Assembly (NCBI GenBank): GCA_026707905.1
Contig: JAPOVY010000104.1
Coordinates: 3,413 to 67,412, forward strand
Direction: 5' to 3'
Source of the DNA: Gammaproteobacteria bacterium
Lineage (GTDB): Bacteria > Pseudomonadota > Gammaproteobacteria > Pseudomonadales > Azotimanducaceae
DNA length: 64,000 bases
Both the position numbers and the translations under genes were made by a program. The notes under the pieces were generated by a model. That model searched no databases. It was not told the DNA's origin and saw only the letters and a list, made by a program, of their open reading frames with translations. How positions within the stretch are numbered: the first letter of the stretch is position 1; the number at the start of each line of letters is the position of its first letter. Shown here piece by piece: positions 13,180-22,658 of the stretch.

Positions 13180-13455
13180 ATGAAGCTCTTACTACCCGCA
13201 TTGTTCTGCATGTTTATCGTGATGCAGTATATGTATTTATTTGGCGAATCCGGCTTTTTCGCGACAAGGTTACTTGTGGAGGACGTTAAAGCGCAGGTCG
13301 CATTCAACCAGCGTCTAGCGGATCGCAACGAATTGCTAAGGATGGAGATTCAACGGATCAAGCACGATAAATCGTTCATTGAATCTATCGCTCGGAACGA
13401 CCTTGGCATGATCAGACCAAACGAAACTTTCTATCTTTATGTTGACGACTTATAG
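13180..13455 (+). CDS. ftsB: Cell division protein FtsB
   Basis: Has one N-terminal TM helix (LLLPALFCMFIVMQYMYLF), a coiled coil and ARNDLGMIRPNETFY. ATG 13180 is preferred over the ORF-track start 13135, which lies inside eno. Confidence 0.8.
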   Translation: MKLLLPALFCMFIVMQYMYLFGESGFFATRLLVEDVKAQVAFNQRLADRNELLRMEIQRIKHDKSFIESIARNDLGMIRPNETFYLYVDDL

Positions 13456-14431
13456 GTTGGATTCGACAGTAAACCCGATACAGGATGAGTCAGCGCCCGT
13501 AGCGGTCGACTTCACGTCGCGAGATCTACCTCATGCCAACAAGCACCCGCGATCCCCAGGGCGAATTCGATGCGAAATCGCGGACTTCAAAGTGTCGGAG
13601 GAGTTGTCATTCTCTCCGTCGGATGATGGTGAGCATCTCTTACTACACGTACGGAGATCAAATCTAACGACACCAGACGTTCGAGGGCGTCTCGCCAAGG
13701 AATTTCGAACAAAGTCGAAGAATGTCGGGTACGTCGGATTAAAAGATAAGCGAAGTATTGCGACGCAGTGGTTTAGCGTGCCGGTGGAAACCCCTGCAAG
13801 ATCGATCGTTGTACCCGACATTGAGATTCTTCAACATCGTCGTCATCGCAAAAAGTTGCGAACGTCAGATGGTTGTCAAAACAAGTTTGAGATCCTTGTT
13901 CGAGATATCGTACCCGCATCTGTCAATTCTCAGACGATGGCGCTCGTGCCGAATTACTTCGGTCAACAACGCTTTGGTCGCGACGGCCGCAATGTAACGG
14001 ACGCGATGAAGTGGATCCGCAAAGGGAAACCACGTATTTCTCCGTTCCTTAAGTCCATCTATATCTCATCACTACGTAGTTATGTTTTCAATCTTGTGTT
14101 GGCAGAACGCGTTCAACGCGGCGATTGGCGCAGTTTGATCGAAGGAGACGCGGCAGTAGATGGTGTCCCGACGGGACCTCTATGGGGACGTGGTCGGAGT
14201 TCGGTAAACGGGCTTGCAAAAGAGATCGAAGAATCGACCGTTCGAAGCGTAGCGCCCGTTACTAAAGCACTGGAATGGGTCGGGTTGAACCAGGAGCGTC
14301 GTTCACTAGCCGTTGCGCCGATCGATCTGAAATGCGAGGTTGTGAAGGACACGGCACTCGTGCGGTTTGCGCTCCCGACCGGGAGTTACGCAACGAGCGT
14401 ACTCCACGAATGCTTCGATTTGCTGGATTGA
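13439..14431 (+). CDS. truD: tRNA pseudouridine(13) synthase TruD
   Basis: 330 aa with the NYFGQQRFG motif and a C-terminal FALPTGSYATSVLHE matching the TruD family. The alternative start TTG 13457 would abut rather than overlap ftsB. Confidence 0.88.
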   Translation: MLTTYRLDSTVNPIQDESAPVAVDFTSRDLPHANKHPRSPGRIRCEIADFKVSEELSFSPSDDGEHLLLHVRRSNLTTPDVRGRLAKEFRTKSKNVGYVGLKDKRSIATQWFSVPVETPARSIVVPDIEILQHRRHRKKLRTSDGCQNKFEILVRDIVPASVNSQTMALVPNYFGQQRFGRDGRNVTDAMKWIRKGKPRISPFLKSIYISSLRSYVFNLVLAERVQRGDWRSLIEGDAAVDGVPTGPLWGRGRSSVNGLAKEIEESTVRSVAPVTKALEWVGLNQERRSLAVAPIDLKCEVVKDTALVRFALPTGSYATSVLHECFDLLD

Positions 14432-14441
14432 CGGATACGAG

Positions 14442-15104
14442 ATGTTCGGCAGCGGGATGACGTCGGCGTTGGCGCGTGGGCGCTTGGTAGATAAGTTAGC
14501 CGCGCAGGATCTCGCAACTCCCGAGGTGCTCGAGATCATGCGAGAAGTTCCTCGACATGTCTTCGTTGACGAAGCGATTGCGCATCGAGCATACGACGAC
14601 ACCGTCTTGCCGATCGGGTTTCAGCAAACCATCTCGCAACCTACGATCGTTGCAATGATGACGAATGCAGCAGCTGGCGTTGCCGATCGATCACGAGCGC
14701 TAGAAATTGGCACGGGATGTGGCTATCAAACTACCGTCTTGTCGCGATTGTTTGACGAGGTATACACAGTTGAGCGAATCGAACCCTTGCAGTTGCGAGC
14801 ACGTCGTACATTAGCGAATCTCGAAATTACCAACGTCACTTTCAAATTTGCGGATGGCTACGAAGGTTGGCCGGAAAACAGTCCATTCAACGCTGTAATC
14901 GGAACCGCGAGCGCGGCGGAAGTACCTTTGACCTTGTGTGATCAAGTTGCTTTACACGGTCGCTTGATCATGCCGGTGGCGAATCCTGCGTATGTGGGCC
15001 AATCCCTCGTGCAATGGGAACGCACAGAGACAGTGTTTCGGAAAAGAAACCTCTGTGGCGTACGGTTTGTCCCGATGTTGAGAGGCGTAGAAACCACGCC
15101 ATGA
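14442..15104 (+). CDS. pcm: Protein-L-isoaspartate O-methyltransferase
   Basis: Has QTISQP, the SAM motif LEIGTGCGYQT and C-terminal VRFVPMLRG. An internal ATG is chosen to match the usual length of about 210-220 aa; the ORF-track maximal start is 14367. Confidence 0.88.
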   Translation: MFGSGMTSALARGRLVDKLAAQDLATPEVLEIMREVPRHVFVDEAIAHRAYDDTVLPIGFQQTISQPTIVAMMTNAAAGVADRSRALEIGTGCGYQTTVLSRLFDEVYTVERIEPLQLRARRTLANLEITNVTFKFADGYEGWPENSPFNAVIGTASAAEVPLTLCDQVALHGRLIMPVANPAYVGQSLVQWERTETVFRKRNLCGVRFVPMLRGVETTP

Positions 15105-15943
15105 CCTGGTTTGGTTTGTGTTGGCGCGGTCTATTGATGGGCATCGTCGAAGTACTACCAGGAATTTCCGGTGGCACTATTGCATTACTCACACAAATCT
15201 ACGACAGGCTCGTTAACTCGTTGAGTGAGATCGCAAAGTTCCGATCGATTGACGCGGAACTTGCGTCGTGGCTCACATCGTTTAGGTTCCTCGTTCAACT
15301 TGGGATATGGATGGCATTTGGTTTCGTCGCATCGCTGTTCACGATCCTTGAGCTCGTAAATCGAACACCTCAGTTATTTTGGGGTGCCATCCTAGGGATC
15401 GTCGTCGGCGCGGTCTTTCAGCTAACCCTGGCTGTCAACAACCGGGACCTTATTCGCTTCTTACCCCTAGGATTACTCATTGGCGTTCCGATTGTCGCGC
15501 TCCCGGCCACTTCAATTGAACCGCCATTGTGGATATTTGCGGTGGGTGGGATCGGTGCATTTAGTGCATGGATTCTGCCAGGGATTTCTGGTTCGATGAT
15601 GTTGTTGTTAATGGGCATTTGGGTACCGACGCTTGAAGCGGTGCGTCACTTCGAAGTGACCAAGCTTGCTCTCTTCGCAGGTGGTATGGCAATCGCGTTT
15701 GTAGTCGTACCGAGAATCCTGGCGAGAGGCATTCGTCGATATCGCCAACAGATGCTGGCATTCTTTGTTGGGCTAGTTGCGAGTACGTCGTATCGCGCAT
15801 GGCCTTGGCGCACAAGTGACGGCTTCCCCGAGCTACCTGTCGTGGGTAACGATGCACAACTGTTTGGCGTTATCGCATGCATGGTCGCTGGGTGTGCCAG
15901 TGTGCTAATTCTGATGCGATTGGTAGAACGCGATGTTGCGTAG
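15101..15943 (+). CDS. DUF368-family polytopic membrane protein
   Basis: Carries a duplicated signature, VEVLPGISGGTIALL and ILPGISGSMMLLLMG, and many TM segments. ATG 15101 overlaps the pcm stop (ATGA). Confidence 0.7.
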   Translation: MTWFGLCWRGLLMGIVEVLPGISGGTIALLTQIYDRLVNSLSEIAKFRSIDAELASWLTSFRFLVQLGIWMAFGFVASLFTILELVNRTPQLFWGAILGIVVGAVFQLTLAVNNRDLIRFLPLGLLIGVPIVALPATSIEPPLWIFAVGGIGAFSAWILPGISGSMMLLLMGIWVPTLEAVRHFEVTKLALFAGGMAIAFVVVPRILARGIRRYRQQMLAFFVGLVASTSYRAWPWRTSDGFPELPVVGNDAQLFGVIACMVAGCASVLILMRLVERDVA

Positions 15944-16874
15944 TCGAATTTGGTTTCTATTCTTGTTTCCAGCGATCGCTGGATGTGTCGCCAACGAACC
16001 TGCACCAGTAATCGACAAGTCCCGACAGAGCGACTATGCATACGTTGAGAACGAATCTGCATGTCAAGCGAAGACGGTAGGGGAGTTTTGTCACGTCGTT
16101 GAGCGAGGCGACACGCTCTATGCGATTTCGCGACGCTATGGCTTAAAAGTAATAGAAATCGCTTCGCGAAATACGATCAAGGCGCCCTACATCATTCGTC
16201 CGGGAGACTTGCTCGTTGTGCGACAGGGCGGTGAATCGATAAGCGCAGCGGAACCCGTAGCTACGTCACGTGAAACTCGATCGGTTGAAGCGCCAACTAC
16301 GTCGGCGCCACGTGATACCCCGAGGGCAACCGCCCGAAGGTCGAGTTCGAATTCGTCACCTGTTGATACGGTTGAAGCGTCCGCGCCCACGCAACCGACA
16401 ACATCACCGAGTTCACCTTCCTCAAGATCAAGTGCAAATGTCGTACCGGCATCACCTGTGAAAATGACGTTGCGAACTACTCGTACAAAATCGGGTTGGC
16501 AGTGGCCGGTTCCCTATGAACCGGTAGCCAATGATGGTGGGAAAGGCTTGGAGTATCTATTAGGCGATGACACAGAAATTGTGGCCGCGACCGGCGGAAA
16601 GGTGATTTACGCGGGTGCGGGACTAAATAAGTTTCGCCATTTGATTATTGTGGATTCCGCGACGTCTCATTTGGTCGCTTACGAGTTCAATACATCGCAC
16701 GACGTCACCGAAGGTCAGAACATCAATCGGGGCGATACGCTAACGCGAATAACCCGCCAAAGCGAAGAAGGCTCATTGGATCTCGAACGATATCGACAGT
16801 TTCGGTTCGAGATTTGGGCAAACGGCAAACCACTGAATCCAGATAGTGTGATAGCAGTCGTCACGCGTAATTAG
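15933..16874 (+). CDS. nlpD: NlpD-like lipoprotein (LysM + degenerate LytM/M23 domain)
   Basis: Has a lipobox (LFPAIAGC), a LysM segment (HVVERGDTLYAISRRYGL...IRPGDLLVV), a Ser/Pro/Thr-rich linker and a C-terminal M23-like domain ending FRFEIWANGKPLNP. I do not see the catalytic His motifs, as in E. coli NlpD. Confidence 0.8.
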   Translation: MLRSRIWFLFLFPAIAGCVANEPAPVIDKSRQSDYAYVENESACQAKTVGEFCHVVERGDTLYAISRRYGLKVIEIASRNTIKAPYIIRPGDLLVVRQGGESISAAEPVATSRETRSVEAPTTSAPRDTPRATARRSSSNSSPVDTVEASAPTQPTTSPSSPSSRSSANVVPASPVKMTLRTTRTKSGWQWPVPYEPVANDGGKGLEYLLGDDTEIVAATGGKVIYAGAGLNKFRHLIIVDSATSHLVAYEFNTSHDVTEGQNINRGDTLTRITRQSEEGSLDLERYRQFRFEIWANGKPLNPDSVIAVVTRN

Positions 16875-19055
16875 TTCAGGTCGATTTTGAGAACCTTGGT
16901 CTGCCAATCCCATCGCGTTCAAGATAAACGCGTATTCCTCAGCTACCTCACGCAACGCTTCGTAACGACCAGATTTGCCGCCATGTCCGGCGCCCATCTC
17001 AGTTTTCAGAACGAGCGGGTTCTCGTCGGTTTTTAAGTAACGGATCTTTGCAACCCATTTTGCGGGTTCCCAATAAGTAACGCGTGGATCGTTTAGCCCA
17101 GCTGTGACGAACAAAGGCGGATACGCGGCCACTTCGAGCTGGTCGTAGGGTGAATAGGAGCGTATGTACTCGAGATCTTTCTTACTCTCGATGGGATTAC
17201 CCCATTCTGGCCATTCAATTGGCGTTAATGGAAGTGAATCGTCAAGCATCGTGTTAAGAATGTCGACGAAAGGTACATGTGCAGCAACTGCACCCCAAAG
17301 TTCGGGGGCTTGATTGATGGCAGCACCCATAAGGGAACCACCAGCACTACCGCCAGCGATCGCGATTTGACCTGTCGCGGTGTACTGCTCGTCGATTAAA
17401 AATCGAGCGACATCGATGAAGTCATTGAAGGTGTTCGTTCGATTTCGCAGTTTGCCGCTTTCGTACCAGTGATAGCCAAGCTCAGAACCGCCGCGAATAT
17501 GAGCAATCGCATACACAAAACCGCGATCAACCATGGAAAGTATGGTCGTCCGGAAATACGGATCCATGGTTGCGCCGTAGGCACCATAGCCGTATAGATA
17601 TAGCGGCGCTGTACCGTCACGAGGTGTGTCTTCTCGATAGAGAAGCGATATCGGAACTTGCACACCGTCGCGCGCAGTTGCGAACGCTCGCTCGGTGACA
17701 TAGTGTTGTGGATCATGTCCGCTCGGAATCCGCTGCACCTTGCGGACGTGCAGGTTTCCGGTCTCGAATTCGTAGTCGTACGTCGTTTCTGGCGTGGTCA
17801 AGGACGAGTATTCGATTCGCAATACATTGGGATCGGATTCAGGGTTAGAACCGAACCACAAGCTATAGGTTGATTCGGAAAACGGAATCGATTTGCGTTG
17901 ACCGTTGATATCAAGAATCTGAATGGTTTCAAGCCCGTTCTCGCGTGCGGCGATGACGATGTGAGATCCGAACGCACGGACGTCCGTAATGTAGCGAACA
18001 TCGGATCCCTCAAGTAACGGTTGCCATTGGTCAATCGTCGGATCGTCTTCCGAGGCGACGACGAGACCGAAGTTCTTATGGTGATCGTTGGTGCGGATGA
18101 CGAATTGATTTCTATGGTGATCGACTTCGTATTCGTGCTGTGCGCGGCGTGATGCGATGAGAGTTAGCTCCGAGTCCGGTGAATCAAGTGACAGAACTCT
18201 CACTTCACTGGTGACGTTCGATGCAGTACTCAAGATCAGAAAGTCTCGGGAGGTCGATCGATCTATGTCGACGAAGAACCCATCATCATGCTCTTCGTAA
18301 ACCACAGCATCTTCACTTGTATCGGTACCTAACGTGTGTCTTAGTACTCGAAATGGTCGCCAGTTCTCGTTGTTGACGACATAGAACAGGTGTTTACCGT
18401 CGTTACTCCAGACTGATTCACCCGTGGTGTTCGGTATTTCGATCGGTGAGTGCTCGTTTAAGGCAATATCTAGAACACGAAGCGTGTACCGTTCATTCCC
18501 TGAGAAGTCCACACCGTAGGCGAGTAAACCATCAGTCGGGTCAATTGAAAACCCGCGACGTCGAAAGTAGTCGTTGCCATCAGCGAGCGCGTTTTCGTCA
18601 AGCACGATTTGTACGTCGGACGCAGGTGGTGGAAGATCCTTTCGCGAAGATTGATCATCGAGGGGCCAGCGGACGTGCTGTTGATACTGTTTCTCTGGCA
18701 GGTACCTGGTCTGATATACGTATTTACCATTTTTTACGGGCACCGATGATTCGTCTTCCACCTGTCGGCCCTTAATTTCTTGAAAGAGCTGTTCCGTTAA
18801 GTCCTGAAGCGGAGCCATATATCGTTCAAAATGTTTGTTCTCGGCAACTAGGTAGTCGAGTATGTCCTGATCGTCGACACGAGGATAGGTTGAGTCTTTT
18901 AGCCAAAAATAAGGATCCTTAATCTCGATGCCATGAAGGGTCCTAACGTGCTCGCGACGATCGGCGATAGGTGGCTGCGAGGATTCGTTAGTGTCTGTCA
19001 TTTCAGCAAGCGCGGTGGAAAACATGAGTGAGACGATGAAGTGCATTAATCGCAA
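16773..19055 (-). CDS. ptrB: Oligopeptidase B (S9A prolyl oligopeptidase family)
   Basis: 760 aa with a signal-like N-terminus, the nucleophile elbow GGSAGGSLMG, then ...YWEPAKWVAKIR...GAGHGGKSGRYE, closely resembling E. coli PtrB. A C-terminal tail of about 30 extra residues runs antisense into nlpD. Confidence 0.9.
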   Translation of the reverse strand: MRLMHFIVSLMFSTALAEMTDTNESSQPPIADRREHVRTLHGIEIKDPYFWLKDSTYPRVDDQDILDYLVAENKHFERYMAPLQDLTEQLFQEIKGRQVEDESSVPVKNGKYVYQTRYLPEKQYQQHVRWPLDDQSSRKDLPPPASDVQIVLDENALADGNDYFRRRGFSIDPTDGLLAYGVDFSGNERYTLRVLDIALNEHSPIEIPNTTGESVWSNDGKHLFYVVNNENWRPFRVLRHTLGTDTSEDAVVYEEHDDGFFVDIDRSTSRDFLILSTASNVTSEVRVLSLDSPDSELTLIASRRAQHEYEVDHHRNQFVIRTNDHHKNFGLVVASEDDPTIDQWQPLLEGSDVRYITDVRAFGSHIVIAARENGLETIQILDINGQRKSIPFSESTYSLWFGSNPESDPNVLRIEYSSLTTPETTYDYEFETGNLHVRKVQRIPSGHDPQHYVTERAFATARDGVQVPISLLYREDTPRDGTAPLYLYGYGAYGATMDPYFRTTILSMVDRGFVYAIAHIRGGSELGYHWYESGKLRNRTNTFNDFIDVARFLIDEQYTATGQIAIAGGSAGGSLMGAAINQAPELWGAVAAHVPFVDILNTMLDDSLPLTPIEWPEWGNPIESKKDLEYIRSYSPYDQLEVAAYPPLFVTAGLNDPRVTYWEPAKWVAKIRYLKTDENPLVLKTEMGAGHGGKSGRYEALREVAEEYAFILNAMGLADQGSQNRPELITRDDCYHTIWIQWFAVCPNLEPKLSISFEIQ

Positions 19056-19221
19056 ATTGGTCTTCCTACATCTCGTCGTTCAGATTGCGAATAGTTAAGT
19101 GCGTCGCGAGTCAGTACACGGAAATGACTGCTCGTCTATGTCGTATCGCAGGATTCTGCGAAAAAGCGAGAGGGACGTAGCGAACTCACACGAAGAAGCA
19201 ATGAGTACGTCGGGGAGTCGC

Positions 19222-19545
19222 TTAGCGTTCGAGGTACTGCAGTTTATTCGGCACGTCGCGCCATTCCTCTTCATCAGGTAGCGCGTCTTTCTTTTCAGAG
19301 ATATTTGGCCAAATCTCCGCCAATTCTGCGTTGAGCTCAAGGAATCCTTCCTGATCCTCAGGCAATTCGTCCTCGGAAAAGATCGCGTCGACCGGACATT
19401 CGGGTTCGCATAGCGCACAGTCGATACATTCGTCGGGATGAATAACCAGCATGTTTGGACCTTCGTAAAAACAATCTACTGGACAAACTTCCACACAATC
19501 AGTGAGCTTGCACTTAATGCAGGAGTCGCCGATAACGAAAGTCAT
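19222..19545 (-). CDS. fdxA: 7Fe ferredoxin (Azotobacter FdI type)
   Basis: 107 aa reading [23 protein letters not shown]...[18 protein letters not shown]. The cysteine spacing and overall sequence match FdxA. Confidence 0.93.
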   Translation of the reverse strand: MTFVIGDSCIKCKLTDCVEVCPVDCFYEGPNMLVIHPDECIDCALCEPECPVDAIFSEDELPEDQEGFLELNAELAEIWPNISEKKDALPDEEEWRDVPNKLQYLER

Positions 19546-19740
19546 TGATTGTTTTGGCGCGTCACGCTATTCACAAAGGCGCGGAATTTTACAGTCGCTG
19601 CGTGCTAGATGAGGCGTAATAAGGGGAATCTTTCGCGCTAAGACGTGCTTCAAGTATGGCGTTTTGATCGCAAGTAACGAGCGATCGATTGTGTTTGAAG
19701 AGGAAGGTACAAAGCGGATCACCCACTCTCACGATTCGAG

Positions 19741-20199
19741 TTAGCGAAGTATGTGAGGTTTTAGATCGCCGAGTTTTATTCGCTTGAAATTCGAGGTCAG
19801 GTAATTTGGGTTTTCTTCCGCGAAGCTCTCGTGTGCCCAGCGTGCGGTATCCTCGTCCTCATAGAGACCTAGGTATACGATATAGCGGATCGAGTCGCCA
19901 TCGGACAAACGTACGCCATGGAGCTGAATGCTCGAGTGGAATTCAATAAACAGGTGGGCCTGTGTTTCATCCGTGAAACTCGCGATCTGTGCGACAATCA
20001 GTTCGCTATCGAGGTCTGCAATATGCGCTGTTTCTCTTGGACGATATGCAAGTAACGCGTAAATCGGGGTAACCTTAGATACAGACCGTTGTGTTCTCGT
20101 TTGGGTTTCCTGCGAATGTGCGAGCTGAACGACTACAACACAAAGCGTCGCGACAATGGCCAAAAGCGCCACGCGATTAAAACCAAGTGTTCGTAACAT
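19741..20199 (-). CDS. Hypothetical secreted or membrane-anchored protein
   Basis: 152 aa with an N-terminal hydrophobic segment (VALLAIVATLCVVVVQLAHS). The C-terminal part (YIVYLGLYEDEDTARWAHESF) is only vaguely SPOR-like. No confident family assignment. Confidence 0.45.
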   Translation of the reverse strand: MLRTLGFNRVALLAIVATLCVVVVQLAHSQETQTRTQRSVSKVTPIYALLAYRPRETAHIADLDSELIVAQIASFTDETQAHLFIEFHSSIQLHGVRLSDGDSIRYIVYLGLYEDEDTARWAHESFAEENPNYLTSNFKRIKLGDLKPHILR

Positions 20200-20370
20200 G
20201 TAATTCAGAAGATACTTCGTCCTTTAGCGGGTTGAAACACCACTGTTGCCAAGGCAACGAGTGTGATAGAAGTCCATATGTTGTTGATTCAATTACTCAT
20301 AGTAACGTAATTAGACAGAAATCGCGCAGTTTTTTTGATTAACTACGCGATGGTTCTAAAGCCTAGTCGT

Positions 20371-21399
20371 CTAGCTTAAAGCGGTATTCTCTTTTCGGGA
20401 AATTCCCGCGATAACAGATTCTGCTTTTGCGATGACGCCATCGAATTGACGTGCCGCTTGTTGATACGGTCTACGTTTATAGCTTGGATCTCTCGATAGA
20501 TCGGGGCGCGCATCGATCCAACCGATGTGTACTAGGTGCCGAATCACATTGAACAGCGGAACTAGATCTTTTACCCAATGCGTTAGATTTCGTTTCTGCT
20601 CGTATCCCTCAAACAATGCGTTCAGCAGTGGCTCGCGCAAATCCGGTTCTTGGATCTCACTTAACGCAACGGCGAAATCGTAGCAATGCCAACCAAATCC
20701 CGCGTCGTCGAAATCGATGATGTGAAGACTGTTACCATGGGAGATTAGATTGCCGGTATGTAGGTCAGCATGAATGAGCGAATATACGTCCTGATCTTTC
20801 GGCAATCGTGATAAGAGAGCATAGATCCGGTTGCGCATCGAAAGCAGACGATCGAGCTGGTCACGTGTTAAATCGCTCGCTTCCCAGAACCGACCCCAAA
20901 ACGGCTGTTCACCCATGAGTCCGTGTTCATCGAATGAGTGCCTTTCGAAGTCCGCTGGTGGGTTCCAACGCGATGCTTGCTCATGCAAGATGGCGAGTAA
21001 GTGACCGACATCTTTGTAAATACGGGTAAGGTCTTCAACATCGTCCGAACCGCGTGATCGTTCACGAAGAGATTCTCCGTCGACCCATTGCAGCAAACCG
21101 ACGTTTCGTGTAACGCCGTTGACAGAGACCTGTGTGTATCGCTCGTGGTCGGTGGTCTTTACGACGACAGGGACATCGATTCCGTCGGCGAGTAGGGCTT
21201 CCGTCCAGACCTGCTCGGAAATTAGCTCCGTGAGCGTGTGATATTCGGGCCGATGGATGCGCAACACGTACCGCTCACTCTCTTCGGCTTCGACAAAAAA
21301 GCTGACGTTTTCGGCACGTGAGATAAGACGTACGGTTTTGGGCAAAACGGGGAACTGCCTTAGTGCATCGTGTGCGCACGCAAGCCAATCGATCTGCAC
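20371..21399 (-). CDS. APH/choline-kinase-fold phosphotransferase (hydroxylysine-kinase-like)
   Basis: 342 aa with the catalytic loop IHADLHTGNL and metal-binding IIDFDDAG. The GTG start lies 1 nt after the stop of the upstream aminotransferase. Confidence 0.75.
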   Translation of the reverse strand: MQIDWLACAHDALRQFPVLPKTVRLISRAENVSFFVEAEESERYVLRIHRPEYHTLTELISEQVWTEALLADGIDVPVVVKTTDHERYTQVSVNGVTRNVGLLQWVDGESLRERSRGSDDVEDLTRIYKDVGHLLAILHEQASRWNPPADFERHSFDEHGLMGEQPFWGRFWEASDLTRDQLDRLLSMRNRIYALLSRLPKDQDVYSLIHADLHTGNLISHGNSLHIIDFDDAGFGWHCYDFAVALSEIQEPDLREPLLNALFEGYEQKRNLTHWVKDLVPLFNVIRHLVHIGWIDARPDLSRDPSYKRRPYQQAARQFDGVIAKAESVIAGISRKENTALS

Positions 21400-21400
21400 G

Positions 21401-22645
21401 TCAGTTCTTGACGACGACTGAATATGCGTTGAGGAAACTGTCAGCGTGTTCTTGCGAGAACACGAGAGGGGGTCTTAGTTTGAGGACGTTTCCATATGCA
21501 CCTGCATTCCCTATCAGGAATCCTCGATCCTTTAGTTCGTGCACAATTCGTACAGCACCGTCACGATCAGGTTTTTTGTTTTTTCGAGATTCGACCCATT
21601 CGATCGCAATGAACAGTCCTTGATGACGCGTATCACCTACGTGCTCTGCGTCGGCGTTAATCAATTCGAGCTGACTCGTGAGATACGCGCCAACGTTTGC
21701 GGAGTTCTGCACCAGTTGCTCGGACTCGAAGACATCCAATACAGCATTTCCCGCGGCAGCCTGCAGTGGTGACGACGCAAACGTATTGAAGTATCCGCTG
21801 CCGCGGCGAAACTTCTCGACGTATTCCCGAGAAGACGCTGTTGCCGCGAGCGGCACACCCGCACCGAGGGGTTTACCCATGCTCACTATGTCAGGTGTGA
21901 ATTCACTGGCTTCGTAACCCCACCATCGACCGCTTCGCCCAAGTCCTGCTTGCACTTCATCCGCGATCACGACGCCACCGGCGTTGCGAACGAGTTCACT
22001 CGCCTCCTGCATGAAGCCACGTGGGATGTTGGGTAGTCCTTCATTCGCACATAGTGAGCAGATTAGCAATCCTGCTAATTTGGTGTTTTCAGTTTTAAAC
22101 GCAGTGAGCTGCTCGTCGACACGGTCCAGGAAATACTGGCCTTGGTCTTGTTCGTCGCAGCGATAGGACTCTGGAAAAGGAATGGGTTTGACTAATCGAG
22201 AGCCCCGTGCACGCGTCAGCTGCCGGACCGCGGCCGAGTTACCGTGATAGGCAGCGTCGGTGCAGATGAATCCTTCACCTTCCGTAACGGTTCGTGCCAT
22301 CAGCATCGCTACTTCATTGGCTTCGGTACCTGTGCAGGACATCACGACGCTCTCAATTCCGTTGTGATGGGTGGCGACAAGACGCTCTGCGTAGCTGAGG
22401 ATCTCCTCATGTAAGTATCGGTTGTGAACATTCAAGGTGGACACTTGCGCATTGATTGCGTCGACGAGATGCGGGTGGCAATGCCCAATACACGGCACAT
22501 TGTTGTACATGTCAATAAACCGTCGACCGGTGTCGTCGAACAAATGCACACCTTTTCCACGAACGATCGTAAGCGGTTTCTGATAAAAAAGATGTGCACC
22601 TTTACCGAATATCTGCTGCCGTCTCTCGAATAGGTCCTGGCTCAT
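21401..22645 (-). CDS. Class-III PLP enzyme (aminotransferase/phospho-lyase subfamily)
   Basis: Has NNVPCIGHCHP, SCTGTEANE and the PLP-lysine region DIVSMGKPLGAG. The internal ATG 22645 has a GAGG Shine-Dalgarno and avoids overlap with mutS. The maximal ORF start is 22681. Confidence 0.82.
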   Translation of the reverse strand: MSQDLFERRQQIFGKGAHLFYQKPLTIVRGKGVHLFDDTGRRFIDMYNNVPCIGHCHPHLVDAINAQVSTLNVHNRYLHEEILSYAERLVATHHNGIESVVMSCTGTEANEVAMLMARTVTEGEGFICTDAAYHGNSAAVRQLTRARGSRLVKPIPFPESYRCDEQDQGQYFLDRVDEQLTAFKTENTKLAGLLICSLCANEGLPNIPRGFMQEASELVRNAGGVVIADEVQAGLGRSGRWWGYEASEFTPDIVSMGKPLGAGVPLAATASSREYVEKFRRGSGYFNTFASSPLQAAAGNAVLDVFESEQLVQNSANVGAYLTSQLELINADAEHVGDTRHQGLFIAIEWVESRKNKKPDRDGAVRIVHELKDRGFLIGNAGAYGNVLKLRPPLVFSQEHADSFLNAYSVVVKN

Positions 22646-22658
22646 GCGTACCTCGCGT

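Noticed and set aside
16285-16460. Ser/Pro/Thr/Arg-rich low-complexity stretch in nlpD.
   Set aside because: This is a normal flexible linker between the LysM and LytM domains of NlpD-type lipoproteins. No nucleotide-level tandem repeat is present.
20200-20370. Small palindromes in the spacer between the secreted-protein gene and the kinase gene (GTTGCCAAGGCAAC; ATCGCG-N19-CGCGAT next to T7).
   Set aside because: The stems are short and the T-run is on the wrong side for a minus-strand terminator. There is no support for a specific function.
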